Source: Octopus sinensis (lineage: Eukaryota). From it: 64,000 nt of DNA. The stretch lies in assembly GCF_006345805.1 (NCBI RefSeq), contig NC_042999.1, positions 143,220,001-143,284,000 of the forward strand. Direction: 5' to 3'. The first letter of the stretch is position 1; each line of letters opens with the position of its first letter. Made by a program: the position numbers and the translations under genes. The notes below the pieces were generated by a model that saw only the letters and a program-made list of their open reading frames with translations, did no database searches and was not told the origin of the DNA. This document shows, piece by piece, positions 1-13,494 of the stretch.

Positions 1-438
1 TTAGACACAATGCTTTTTTCGAAAATCCCTCCAAAAGTCGAAATTTTATGTAAAAGGAAAATGAATGTACAACAAAGTAGGTCAGAAAAAAGAACGGCTA
101 AAAACGTAAAGAAGCTGTACTAGTTTCTTTTGGTAACTGTCACAATTATTGCAACAAATATTTGAATATAAGTAAGAAAATGCCAAAGTTCGAATTGGGG
201 CAAAATAAGAAATGTTAGAGCGAATAAGAACTCCGTATTCTTTGTGAAATCAGAAAAGATGAAATAAGAGTAAGACAGAACACTAGGTATTTAAAGAATT
301 ACAAAATAGATAAATAAATATAAGTAATAAAGTAGATGAAATAAAGACCTAAATAATTCTGCAAATGGCAGAGAAGCTTAAGAAGATCAGAAAACTTGAA
401 AACAGCCAACTCGGTGAGCAAATAATCAGTTAATTCAC

Positions 439-458
439 CTTTGACATTTCATATAAAC
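439..458 (-). CDS. Candidate 20-nt micro-exon ((G)LYEMSK), phase 1 to 0
   Basis: Acceptor CTGTTATTTCAG|GT and donor AAG|GTGAAT. Phase-compatible with 12565-12599. Confidence 0.28.
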
Positions 459-821
459 CTGAAATAACAGACCTGCTAACAAGGAAAGGGATACAAGAGT
501 TATTTTATAAATCATGTGAGATGACGAAAAGTGATATACAAGGCTGTACTTCGTTGATGAGTTCAAAATGAGATCTAAACATCCAGAATTGTCTCCCATA
601 CATGCCGAGAAAATGTAAATCATATTAATTGTTGACTAATTATATATATTTTTACGCGCGCGTACACACAAACACACATTAGATTTCAACTGGCCTATTT
701 ATTATTGTTGCCGAGAGGTGGCGTAAATTCGTCGTAAATTCGATCGCTCGTAAGTCGGACAGGTCGTATGTTGACGACGACCTGTACACACACACACACA
801 CACACACACAGACACACACAC

Positions 822-871
<50 letters not shown>

Positions 872-1606
872 TATATATACATATATATATACCAATATTT
901 GGAGCGATTCTGGAGATTTGGTACAGAAGCTAGGGAAATGCATTTGTTACTTGTAAATTTACGTCAGATATTTCAATTTTCTGACGTTCTAACCTTAAGG
1001 AAATCAAAAATTTTTTTTCTGTCAAACTAATATCTTCAAGGATCTCTCAATATTTTATGATCCCCAATGAAGTCTAAGAGGAAGTTTACCTGTTATTTTA
1101 TTGCTACATTGCACATGCGTTGCCAAGTGGTAGTAAATTTCCTGAGTCCCGTTTGCGATAGAGTTTCTGTTTCCTTGAGCCAGTTAACCAACTTTTCCCC
1201 ACCCTCGTACTTTCTCATTGACTGAAATGATTGAGAATGTTCACTCTTGGAACAAAAGGATTTGAAAACTAAGATGTTGGAAACACGACAGTGCTTCTTA
1301 CTTTTAAAATATGGTTACGTTTGTGTGAACGTAGAACGTGTAATGGTGTATGTAGGTATGTAGTTGAGAATATATTTGTGCTTGTCTGCGTGACAAGGAG
1401 AGAGAGGGACAGACAGAGTGAAAGAAAGAGAAAGAGAGAAAGACATAATGAACGAGAGAGAGAGAAAGAGAGAGAAAGAAAGAGAGAGAGAGGTAATGAG
1501 AGAGAGAGAGAGAGTGAGAGAGAGAGAGAGAGAGAGAAAGAGAGGGAGAGAAAAGAGAACGAGAAAGAGCATGTTTATGTGTATGTGCTATGAGAGAATG
1601 TGTGAT

Positions 1607-1845
1607 AAGGCGGCGAGCTGGCAGAAACGTTAGCACGCCGGGCGAAATGCTTAGCAGTATTTCGTCTGTCGTTACGTTCTGAGTTCAAATTCCGCCGAGG
1701 TCGACTTTGCCTTTCATCCTTTCGGGGTCGATAAATTAAGGACCAGTTGCGCACTGGGGTCGATGTAATCGACTTAATCCCTTCGTCTGTCCTTGTTTGT
1801 CCCCTCTATGTTAAGCCCCTTGTGGGCAATAAAGAAATAAGAATA
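1607..1845 (+). mobile_element. tRNA-derived SINE, family A (head GGCGGCGAGCTGGCAGAA), near-intact copy
   Basis: A-box-like GGCGAGCTGG and B-box-like GAGTTCAAATTCC; A-rich tail; many related copies in the window. Confidence 0.85.
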
Positions 1846-2625
1846 TATATGTGTGACTAATGCGGAGACAGTAGAGATATGTTTGTGTGTGTTTAGCGCA
1901 TTTAGCAGGGGATATCTCGTGTCTCCCCATACTTGTGAAATCATGTGGATGTAAATGAATGTATGCATGATTGCATGTTTGTTTTAGGACAGAGGTATGT
2001 TAGCTAGTGATTGCGAACGTATCTCTGTTGTACGTGTGTGTGTGTGTGTCTACGCGTTCGTTCGTGTCTGCATGTGTATGTGCGTGTGTGAGTGTGTGCG
2101 TTCGTTTGCGTATGTATGTGTATGTGTGTGTGTACGCGTTCGTTTGTGTGTGCGCGCGCGCGTGCCTGTGTACGCGTTCGCCCATAGCAAAAGCGGAGAA
2201 AATATACATGAATCGAAAGAAGAAAATATACCTTGATGTATTCGAGGAATATAACGATAGGTGAGAAAAATGGATAAAATAGTAACAAAATAGAGAAATA
2301 GATAGGTAGATAGATAGAAAGGTAGGTGGATAGACAAATAGTTAAGCACAGAGACAGTTTGATCAATAGAGATAGAGTGAGATGAGGGGAGGGAGAGAGA
2401 AAGAGAGAGAGAGAGAGGGAGAGAGAAGAGAGAGAGAGGGAGAGGGAGAGGGAGAGAGAGAGAGAGAGAGAGAGACAAGGTTAATTGTATTCTGTGAGTT
2501 CGTATACGTTCTCGCGAGTAAGCAAATAAATAGAGTGAATATTTTCAGATTATTATTACTACTGAGGTAACTAAAGCATAACGTGTACAAGCCTTTCCAT
2601 ACGACACACCCACCATTTTTCATAT

Positions 2626-2666
<41 letters not shown>

Positions 2667-2703
2667 GCTACTACTACTACTTACTACTACTACTACTACT
2701 ACA

Positions 2704-2740
<37 letters not shown>

Positions 2741-2768
2741 TACTACTACTACTACTACTACTACTACT
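2626..2768. repeat. (CTA)n microsatellite
   Basis: Seen directly. Confidence 0.95.
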
Positions 2769-4179
2769 TAAGTCTGGGTCAGAGCCACAGAACTATTTCA
2801 TACCATGTGTCATTCTATTATGTCAGTACTCAATGAAGCGTTATTAATGTTAGGGTGTGTCCGTGTGTGTTGTATTAGACTTTATATAGGTGCTATTGTG
2901 ACACAGGCACTTGTATATAAATTTGTGTAGATACAATTCCACTGCTTACGTTATATATTTATGCGCATAATAGCATATTTACGCACACACACACATACAT
3001 ATGAATACACATCATATTACACTAAACTCCAGAATATATCTATAGATTTTTAGCCAATGTGAAATACAACGAGAGCTGTGTATACTTGTCTTTATATACA
3101 ATAATGATGTGTTGAAACAAAACACTGGTGATGTATATCTGTATGTATATATGTATGTATGTATACATGTATGAATGTATATATGTATGTATGCATTATG
3201 TATGTATCTCTCTATCTGTCAATCAATTAATCAATCTGTCTCTTTAGCTGCGCGCATGCGTACAATGCAAAGAAAGTAAACTTTATTAATTCCTTATATT
3301 TTGAGCAACATACCTATCGAGAGAGAAAAAGACAGCCAAGACTGTCACTAAAACCCTAAATTTTCGCGTTTATTTCTCGTTGTTTTGTTGCTTAGCTCTA
3401 GTCAATCCTAACTGAACGGATCTATGATCATTTCAAGTTATGATGCTTAATACGATTTTCCTGTTTTATGACGGTAGGGCATGGTTTGAAGGAATTTTGC
3501 TACAATTAGTTTTGTTTGTAGTGTTTATCAGTAATTGTAAAGTATGGCCATTAATTTTGTGATGTGGCCAGTCATCTCACTTTACGGAAACACTGGGGCA
3601 TTTTAATGATTTTAAAACTAAACTCACATGAGTATAGAATATATTATTTCAGAAATAGTACATATTTCGCACGAATTATTCTTCTCAATAACCGCCACCA
3701 CTCATTGATCCGATTTCTAGAAGCGTTCATTAGGTACAAATATAGTGCTTCAGAGTTATTGGAATCACTGGAATGAGACTTATGACGTCAAAGAAACCAT
3801 AAGATGCTGATAAATCTAACAAGATATTTCAGCGAATGCTAACAGTTTATTCCTATTTATTCCCAAATGTATTTCTGGTTGATTGTGTTAATTTTTAAAT
3901 GGTCATTTTTATATTTGACATTGATTGAATTACTTAGGAACTCACTTCAATCTATGACATAGAAAATAGATAAATAGGTTTCGCGTTCCAGAGAAGCCCT
4001 CTGGCTAAAAGGGCCTGTTTCCAGAGCGAAGTTAAATAGATGTTTGTTAAACGTGCATATGTAAATCTAATTATAATCTTACTCAGCTGTCAGATCCTGG
4101 CGGTAAGCATTGAAAGGAACGACCTCCTCTTTTATCCTTGTACCGGTAATACTCCAAAGATTATGCCTAGAGTGTTTGT

Positions 4180-5140
4180 AGAAAGAAAAGTTCTTAAAAC
4201 AGCCAGTTCTTTCACCTATTTTGGCCCTACTGTGACAAACAGTGCTCTAAGCTTGATAAAGAAATTGAAACGCATATTGGCAAAGCTTGTCCAGCTTTTG
4301 GCAAACTGTGCCAGAGACTATGGAATAATCATGAGGTTTCTATTAGAACCAAAATTGAAATCTATAAAACAGTCGTCATAACAACTCTCTTGTATGGGGT
4401 AGTAAATCTCTCTCTATATAAACGGCAGTTTGTCTGTCTGCGTGTCTGTGTGTCTGTTAGGTTGTACCCTCACCCTGACCACGGCTTTCAACCGATTCTG
4501 ATGAAACTTGACACACACATAAATTCGACATGGGGTCGAGAATCAGAAACACAAACCACAGACTGTCTAGGGGACGCAACTCGACCTTTTTAACTCTCAA
4601 AAAAAATTTAACATAATTTTTTTTCCATATTTTTGCTATTTTTTTTACTATAACTCTCTAAAAATGCTTTATAGTTATTTCCCTTACAAACCCGAGCAAC
4701 GCCGGGCGATACGGCTAGTAAATGAAATAAATGGGGTAGTAATAAATGAAACGGCCTTCATATGAGAAACCTGGGACAAATATGCAAAATAAAATGGGAT
4801 GATATAGTGAAGAATAATGATATTTTGTCTATGTGTAACTTCTCTGGCTGAACTGGGGTGTTGTGATTATATTTTGCGAATGAATGATGATAGAATTGCA
4901 AAACAAGTCATTTATGGACAACTAAAAACCTCACGATATAAGGTTGGCTACCATTACTATGGTATACCATATACTAAGGTATAAAGAGATATTTAGGGTT
5001 AATTTAAAACACAGAAAAAAAATTATCTACTGGGTGTATATTGCAAAAAGCCGAAATGACTTGAGAAGACAGTGTCATATAGGACAAGTAAATTTTGAAG
5101 CACAAAGAATCCATCACCATAACTAGTTGCATGAAAAGAG
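4180..5140 (+). mobile_element. Decayed RTE-clade LINE, 3' part of ORF2, interrupted by a Helitron
   Basis: Frameshifted peptides FTYFG..., DKEIETHIGKACPAFGKLCQRLWNNHEVSIRTKIEIYKTVVITTLLYG and RMNDDRIAKQVIYGQL...LRYKEIFRVNLK are typical of the RTE RT C-terminus. Confidence 0.8.
4407..4718 (+). mobile_element. Non-autonomous Helitron-like element
   Basis: 5' TC after host A; 3' CTAG followed by host T; subterminal GC hairpin CCCGAGCAACGCCGGG (4691-4706); internal (CTGT)n and ACCGATTCTGATGAAACTTG block. Confidence 0.75.
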
Positions 5141-5538
5141 AAAGCGAAATTATCAAAATACGAATAATCTTGTCTCAATTGTGACTGTGCTCATTCTGCC
5201 CTAAGTAACGTAAATCTGACATGTGCAATTTGTAATCGGCTGTGTAGAACACTTTCAGGACTGAAAATACATATGTGTAATCATCAAATCGAATAAAATG
5301 CTTTGTACCAACATAGAATTATAAATAAGGAAAAACAAATTAACTATATTGCAGGATTTTTATCCATAGATAGGGATTTTGTGCGTGCGCCATTCTTGTG
5401 TTTATACCTTGTGACTTTTCATTTCGAGGGGTCATTTGTCTGAATGTGTCCTATTCTTATTGCTTCAAGTTTGTTGGAGTTGCTTCTCTCCTCATTGTTG
5501 AATATTCATTCGTTGTTTTCGACGGGCGTCCCATTATG

Positions 5539-5571
<33 letters not shown>

Positions 5572-5825
5572 AAAATTCATTTACCTCCTAATTTGTTTGC
5601 CAAATATTTGTTTTCCTGCTGACATAGAATGATAGCATGAAGTTTAATGATAGCATAAAGTTATCACTAACTAAGCTATGGTTAGCATAAGTGAAACCGG
5701 TCGACTTTGTAAATATTTCATAAAAAACGTATCTATAGTTTCCCAATATAACATATCTGTGCATTTTCCTTCTTTTTATATTTTCCACTACAATTCAGCA
5801 CGTGGAATTTTTTTTGACCCATTTT

Positions 5826-5879
<54 letters not shown>

Positions 5880-5908
5880 TCGTATATGTATACACACATA
5901 ATTATATA

Positions 5909-5957
<49 letters not shown>

Positions 5958-6043
5958 GTATATAGGAGAGAAGGAGGATGAGCACACATTCATACACGCA
6001 CACACGCACACATGAATACATAGATACATATATACACATACTT

Positions 6044-6119
<76 letters not shown>

Positions 6120-6675
6120 TATATATATATGCGTGTGTGTGTGTGTGCGTGCATGTGTGTTCGTATGCTCGCACTCTACACTCCTGCATATACATTTTTC
6201 CGGTTTTGTTTGCTTTATGTCTTTTTAGTTCATTGTAGCTATTTTTTTTGTTTGTTTATTGTCTGTCTTTCTCTTAATCAACCTAACAAGACTAAAGACT
6301 GAACCTTTAGCTTTGAAACGGTGGGCTGCAGTCACGTGTAAAGTTTTATACCTTAAACATAGTGATGATGATGTGGTAATGGCGATGGTAAAGGTGGAGC
6401 CGGTGGTGGTGGTGGTGGCGGTGGTGGCGGTGGTGGGCGCGCTTTGTTTAAACACGATGTAGCTCGAACTGAAACAGCGCTGTACACCTGTAAAGAGGTT
6501 ACAGGCTATTGCCCCCACTCCCGACAGGTAGCCACACACACCTTGGTGCACACATACACATACGCACAAGTACAAACTCGTACACACACACACACACACA
6601 CAGACACACACAGACACACACAGACCACACACACACACACACACAGACACACACACACACACACAGACACACACA

Positions 6676-6714
<39 letters not shown>

Positions 6715-6919
6715 TAACCTTCTGAAGCAGCCATTGATTGGACACCTGTATAGTAGTTAAAATGAAGCGGCAATGAAAATATAACAGATTCGTGCCATGA
6801 CTTACCGTCCACCTGTGTATACATTGGCACGGCAACCTGTTACATGTTATGTTTGTATGTATGTATGTGTATAAGTGTGCATGTATTGATGAATGTAAGG
6901 CGTGTATGCTGTTATGCTC

Positions 6920-6974
<55 letters not shown>

Positions 6975-7445
6975 ATGTATATATGACCGTAACAGCATAC
7001 ATACATATATACACAGATACATATATGTATAGGTACACTTACAGATACACACACACGCACATACAAATAAATACCCATACATACATACATACATACACAC
7101 ACATGTGTATGTGTATATATATACATATATATAATAGAAAGACATTTTTGTTTTTGTTGTTTAGACCTAGGTGGAAGCCTTGGCTCGGGTAGATCTATTT
7201 ATATATCAAGTGAATCCCAACTGAAAATATCTAAACTTTTAGGGTGTATTAGGAGTATTTAAGATATCTTTGCCTGCGCTATAGGGTTGTCGGAGAGGTC
7301 CTTCACAAGTTCGAAGGTGAGGAACACAAGACGATATCTCGTCGCCTTCCTTCGTGCTCTTATTGACGATTAGATGTAGACCTGTTCACCTGATACGTTG
7401 GAGCGGTAACCACGTAAGAAGCTGACACTCACTCACTTACACACA

Positions 7446-7514
<69 letters not shown>

Positions 7515-7761
7515 TGTATCCCTTGCTAGGGTGTAGGCAATATATTCAGTCACGCACCAGCCAGCAAGGTGGATATTAAGAAAATGCAAAAATATGGTAC
7601 AAAAAGATCTCACTAAAATTTTCAAATAAACATTCATCTATACACTTTTATATTCATATTACGTCACCCATACACAGTTTAAATATGCATATTTCATAAA
7701 AACACGCAAGCATACAACACACACACAAACATATGCGCGCACGCACACACACACACACACA

Positions 7762-8155
7762 GTCGTGGCTGTGTGGCTCATAGACCGCATGGCTCCGGGT
7801 TTAGTCCCATTGCGTGGTGCCCTGGGCAAGTGTCTTCTACTAGCTTCGGGCCGACCAAAGCCTTGTGAGTGGATTTGGTAAGCAGAAACTGAAAGAAGTT
7901 TATAAACTGAAAGAAGTTTATATATATATATGTATTTATATATGTGTGCGCGCGCGTCTGTTTGTACCTGCACTGGCGATTGACAACTGATGTTTTGTGT
8001 GTTTACATCCATAACTTAACGTGTTGGCAAAAGTGATCAGTAGAATAAGTACCAGGCTTACAAAAATAAGTCCTGGGGTCGGTTTCTTCGACTAAAACCA
8101 TTTAAATTTAAGGCGGTACTCCAGCATGGCTGCAGTCTAATAACTGAAACAAGTA
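7762..8155 (+). mobile_element. tRNA-derived SINE, family B (bipartite, internal microsatellite)
   Basis: GGGCAAGTGTCTTCTACT...GCCTTGTGAGTGGATTTGGT...AACTGAAAGAAG, then a TA/TG tract, then TAGAATAAGTACCAGGC...CTCCAGCATGGC...ACTGAAACAAGTAA. Related copies occur in the window. Confidence 0.8.
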
Positions 8156-8170
8156 ATATACAATATCAGG

Positions 8171-8202
<32 letters not shown>

Positions 8203-8422
8203 ATATATATAATATATATATATATAAAGCTTTACATTTTACTTTTGACAATCTTTTTCTAAAAAAGTGAAACCGGTCAAGTGAATAAACATCTTTACAA
8301 TTGCATTTTCAAACCTTCTTTCATATATATTTCCATTCGTGCGGTACCTTACAACTTCAATTTGTTATATATATATATACATATATATATATACTGACAC
8401 ATATCCATCTCTCTCTCACTTT

Positions 8423-8527
<105 letters not shown>

Positions 8528-9232
8528 ATATATATATAAATACTAATACACACACATACATGTACATACCTACATACATACATAAATATATGCATACATA
8601 CATGCATACGGTATGAATTGATGAATTGTGTACCAAGGACAAACAAAAATATATCGATAAATTCTTGATTTACAGTAATTATTTTCGGTCTGAGAGAAAG
8701 GTGAAGAAGCTCCTAGTGATAATTGCAACTGATTCTAACGAAACAAGGATGGTAAATAGTTTCAAGCAATAAACAATGAAGAAAAGACAGTTTGGATTCT
8801 TAATCGTCTGCTGCTGGCACTACATAAGTCGATACAATCTATCCATGGTCAGTTCGGTAACACCACACAGAAATCTTTTCCAGTTTGAGTAGGATGCCTG
8901 AATATTAAAAATCAAAATCTATCAAAAAGGCGGGAGAGTCCCTTGTAGACCAACTGTTTCTTCCTCCAATTGTTGATATGTTGAAGAGATAAAATGCATA
9001 CATAGGTAAGAATACTCCAGGAATGGCATATTTACATGCTAGGGACACATGCACAATCACACACATATATAATGTGCCTATATGAATTTAGAAATGCGTA
9101 ACTAAGCCACTATTTTAGTGTGCTAATTAAAATTAAGTAGGAGATATTTAATAATGAATATCTGGTTTTACTGATGAGTAACTCACGCAAGACCAAGATC
9201 TGAGAAAGCAGTCAGTCTCCCCCTCTCGTTTT

Positions 9233-9264
9233 GTATGTATGTATGTATGTATGTATGTATGTAG

Positions 9265-9295
<31 letters not shown>

Positions 9296-9567
9296 TGTAT
9301 GTATGTATGCATGTATGTATGTATGCATGTATGTATGTATTATGTATGTATGTATGTATGCATGTATGTATGTATGTATGTATGTATGTATGTATGTATG
9401 CATGTATGTATGTATGCATGTATGTATGTATGTATGTATGTATGTATGTATGTATGTATGCATGTATGTATGTATGCATGTATGTATGTATGTATGTATG
9501 TATGTATGTATGTATGCTGATGTATGTATGTATGTATGTATGTATGTATGTATGTATGTATGTATGC

Positions 9568-9600
<33 letters not shown>

Positions 9601-9640
9601 TGTATGTATGCATGCATGTATGCATGTATGTATGTATGTA
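9233..9640. repeat. (TATG)n/(CATG) tetranucleotide array, ~400 bp
   Basis: Seen directly; source of the MYVC/IHTY pseudo-ORFs. Confidence 0.95.
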
Positions 9641-10319
9641 TCTATCTATCTATTTACACACACACACACAAGCACACACGCGCGCATACACACACATACA
9701 CATGTGTGTGTACGTGTCATTCGCCACATTACTAGTCTGCTGAATAGTTATATTAGTTTCTCGAATATTCCCATCTCTTCCCTCTCACTACCTTTCCCCT
9801 GCTTATTTTTCCTTTTCAAGCACACTTTTAATTGCTAGACTTAACTCTTATGTCTATATTCTACGGGGATGGGGGAATCTTTTTAATGCCAGAGGCGAAC
9901 TGCAAGTGCATAAGAACCTGTGTCGGTGCATCCATTCTAAAAAATACTTTATTTTACAAATTCGAACGTTTGTTAAATTACCGTTAGACTTTATAGACCT
10001 GCACGAGTCGTACTTCTTTTTTCATATGATTTGTTAGTAACTACGCTATCGACGGTTTTAAATTTAAATGCGGGCGAAATTTCGCCTACTGAAAAGAGGT
10101 TTCTAACTTCTCTTGTATATTTTCAGATACTCGCTTGCAAGCTTTTACTGTTGGTGTTTTAACCGTCTTCTTTCTTTACTTTCTCTTGTATTTTCTGCTT
10201 TCTCACTCAATTTTAAATACCCTCTTCCCCCTCTTTTTCATCTCTCTGAGTATCTTACTCTTCTGGTAGCCTTTCAAACTTGTATCGGAGAATAGTCCTA
10301 GGGACGATATGGCCTCTAT

Positions 10320-10950
10320 CACCGTAGTGAAAACTGGACAGGGAGTCTGGTCTATTTGAAATGTAATCAATCCGTATACTAGGTTGACGGATCTCCAAGT
10401 CCTACACGAGAATCTCGCTCTTGTGCTGGTACTACAGTAAAGCACCTTCAAAATTATGACATCTTAGTCTCCTTCAGCAGCACCAAGATAAACTATCTAC
10501 AAATGTCAATGAAACCATCTTGTACTACATCCTCTCTCTTTTTAGAACTAACTAAGTTGTTAAATTGCTTGGCATCACAATTTCTCATGGCAGACACGTA
10601 TAACATTGTAGACACTGAATTCCAATGTTCCCATTGCCGCAGAATGTCTGATGATATTTCATATCTGATCAGTCACTAACTCAGCAAAATTCAAGATCCT
10701 CTTATTCGGATATCTGATACATTGTTGCTACTTTATTAACAAATATCCAGATGGCCATTTGGCTCATTGGTAGCTTCATTCAACAACTAATCACGGAGGC
10801 GCTGTTTCTTCTCTTTGCCTCGAATTCCGAATTTAAAATTGCATTTGCTCTAAGGAACTAGTTAGCCTCAAACTTCACTGCGCAATCACACTCACCAGAT
10901 ATTGCATTTTATCGTCTAATCATTCATCTCTAGAAACGCACGCTTCTGGG
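10320..10950 (+). mobile_element. Possible highly decayed LINE remnant
   Basis: Only one short motif (KLLGITIS, near 10560) is recognisable. Confidence 0.3.
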
Positions 10951-11514
10951 ATTCCTTCAAAAGGAAGATGCCAGGAGGAATCATATACTAGAGGAAGCAA
11001 AAATGAAGGCTGTTTGTTACTTCTTCGCTAAAACTCATTCTATTAACTAATCATCATCATCATCATCATCATCGTCGTCATTGACATTTCTCCCAGTCAA
11101 TGATAGTGACTACTTTAAACAAACATTGTACAATTGTGTCATGGATTTCTACAAGTGTGTGTGTGTGTGTGTGTATGTGCGTGTGTGTATTGAGGCGTGT
11201 TTTATTGCGTCACTGCACTCAGCAGACTTCAATATAACTTTAATGCCTTTACTCATGTCTCATCTCTCTCCCTCTCTCTCTCTTCCACTCTGTCTCAAGC
11301 ACGAACACACGCGCACACACATACATACACGCACACACACATACACACGCGTACACACATACACATGCGCACCCGCATACACACGCTCACACGCATGCAC
11401 ACGCGCACATACATACACACATCCTCTCCCTCGCATTGTGATGGGTGCTTTGTATTTCGTTTCTTTCTGTCTATATATCTGTGTCAATTTAACTACCTTT
11501 ATCTATATATCTAC

Positions 11515-11560
<46 letters not shown>

Positions 11561-12564
11561 CTGTCTGTCCGGCTCTGTGGCTATTTGTCAGTCTGTCTGC
11601 CTGTCTGGCTATCAATCTTTTTATCTAGTGAATTAGTGAAAAGATTTTCACAAAAATATTTTGAAAAATGCATGTATGTATGTATGTATGTATGTATGTA
11701 TGTATGTATGTTATGTATGTATGTATGTATGTATGTGTGTGTGTGTGTATGTATATGTGTGTGTGGTGTGTGTGTGTATGAGTGAGTGTGCGTGTGTCTG
11801 TTTACATGTACAGAAGTGGGCATCTGAAAGACAGTTAGTGTAAGTAAGGATCGTGTTATCTTTTTTAGCTTGTATACGAGAAGAGGTTGAATGAAATAAC
11901 TATAAAAAATGCTGGACTCCTCCCCATTTCCTTCTCTTTCTTCTATTATTCTCTCTCAATAAGAACACACTGTCAAACGCTTTTGTTTTTACTGACATAC
12001 TATGCAAATGACACACACTCAGGTACACACATACAAAACTACCCTTCTCTCTATAGAGAAATTGTAAATATTATATGCATGCGTCTATTTTTTAATTCGT
12101 AGAAATCTTCCACTGAGGAGGGAACCGGTTTCCAACAAAGACACAAGGCTCCATCTTTGGGATGTAGTTAACACAGACAAATTCACATTTGGAACATGAG
12201 AAAAGTCATGCATATTTTTACTGTTCCACTCACAGATTGCTCTTGTAACGTACGAATACACAAGGACATTATGACAATTGTAATCACTTTAGAAGAAACA
12301 AAAACAGGTGTGCTATTTATTTAGATATATTAGATCTTTTTAACCTTCATTTTTTCTTGCACTTGTTTCAGTCATTAGAGTAGAGTCTATATCCTCACCC
12401 CGCTTCCACATGCATGCATACACATTCACCTTCCTATTTAATACAGCGGCGTACAGTAAAAATTGAAAACACTCTTCTTAACACACATCGGACGCTTCCC
12501 GTTTTTCTATAACCTTCTGTCTATTTTATTTTATTCAATTCGTCTTAGCTATAAACATGTGTAC

Positions 12565-12599
12565 CATTGTAATCTTTTAAAGTGTCTACCCGTGACGGT
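12565..12599 (-). CDS. Candidate 35-nt micro-exon (PSRVDTLKDYN+G), phase 2 to 1
   Basis: Strong acceptor CCATTTTCTCCTTACAG|A and moderate donor ATG|GTACAC. Phase-compatible with the upstream candidates. Confidence 0.3.
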
Positions 12600-12732
12600 C
12601 TGTAAGGAGAAAATGGAGCCAGTTATATATTTAATATTATTATGTGAGAATGCCAGTGTTGGTGACGATTGTAGCAAGAAGAGATGACAGTCAGTTAAAA
12701 GTAAATTATGTCATATAATAATAATAATAATA

Positions 12733-12774
<42 letters not shown>

Positions 12775-12775
<1 letters not shown>

Positions 12776-12987
12776 CCTTTCTACTATAGGCACAATACCT
12801 GAAATTTGGTGGGATGGGCCACCCGATTATATCAGCCTCAGTGCGTAACTGGTACTTATTTAATCAATCCTGAAAGATGAAAGGCAAAGTCGGCCTCGAC
12901 GGAATTTGAACTCACAACGTAATGACGGACGAAATGCTGGTAAACATTTTGTCCGAGGTGCTAACGATTCTCCTAGCTCACTGCCTT
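12775..12987 (-). mobile_element. SINE family A copy
   Basis: Reverse complement of the family A body (GATGAAAGGCAAAGTCGGCCTCGACGGAATTTGAACTC); (ATA)n tail on its left. Confidence 0.8.
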
Positions 12988-13012
12988 AATAATAATAAAA
13001 AGCATCTCGCTG

Positions 13013-13079
<67 letters not shown>

Positions 13080-13101
13080 TTATTATTATTATTCTCTATT
13101 A

Positions 13102-13320
13102 TAAGGCGGCGAACTGGCAGAATCGTTAGCACGCTAGACGAACTACTTAGCAGTATTTCACTCGTCGCTGTGTTCTGAGTTCAAACTCCGCTGAGGTCGA
13201 GTTTGCTTTTCATCCTTTCGGGGTCGATAAAAAAGTACCAGTTGAACACTGGGGTCGATGTAATCGACTCATCCCGTCCTCCAAAACTGCTGCTCTTGTG
13301 GCAAAATTTGAAACCATTAT
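13102..13320 (+). mobile_element. SINE family A copy
   Basis: AAGGCGGCGAACTGGCAGAATCGTTAGCACG...CATCCTTTCGGGGTCGATAA...CTGGGGTCGATGTAATCGAC. Confidence 0.85.
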
Positions 13321-13401
13321 TACTCTCTATTATTAGACTATAATTATCACATTCTTCCTTCCTGAGCATACATATGTATATATATCAATGTATGTATGCG
13401 G

Positions 13402-13494
<93 letters not shown>

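Noticed and set aside
759-785. 9-bp stem hairpin ACAGGTCGT/ACGACCTGT; also palindrome GGCGAAATTTCGCC near 10073
   Set aside because: Short inverted repeats are expected by chance in 64 kb; no supporting element structure.
1607-1700. tRNA-like A/B boxes in SINE heads (also 20968 and 30120-30200)
   Set aside because: No complete cloverleaf; they continue into SINE bodies, so they are not tRNA genes.
8930-9060. Minus-strand ACKYAIP as the missing HTH recognition helix
   Set aside because: No suitable acceptor or phase, and the following residues do not fit the psq pattern.
9183-9640. Regular repeat arrays that might resemble CRISPR
   Set aside because: Units are 2-4 bp with no unique spacers; no cas genes; eukaryotic context.
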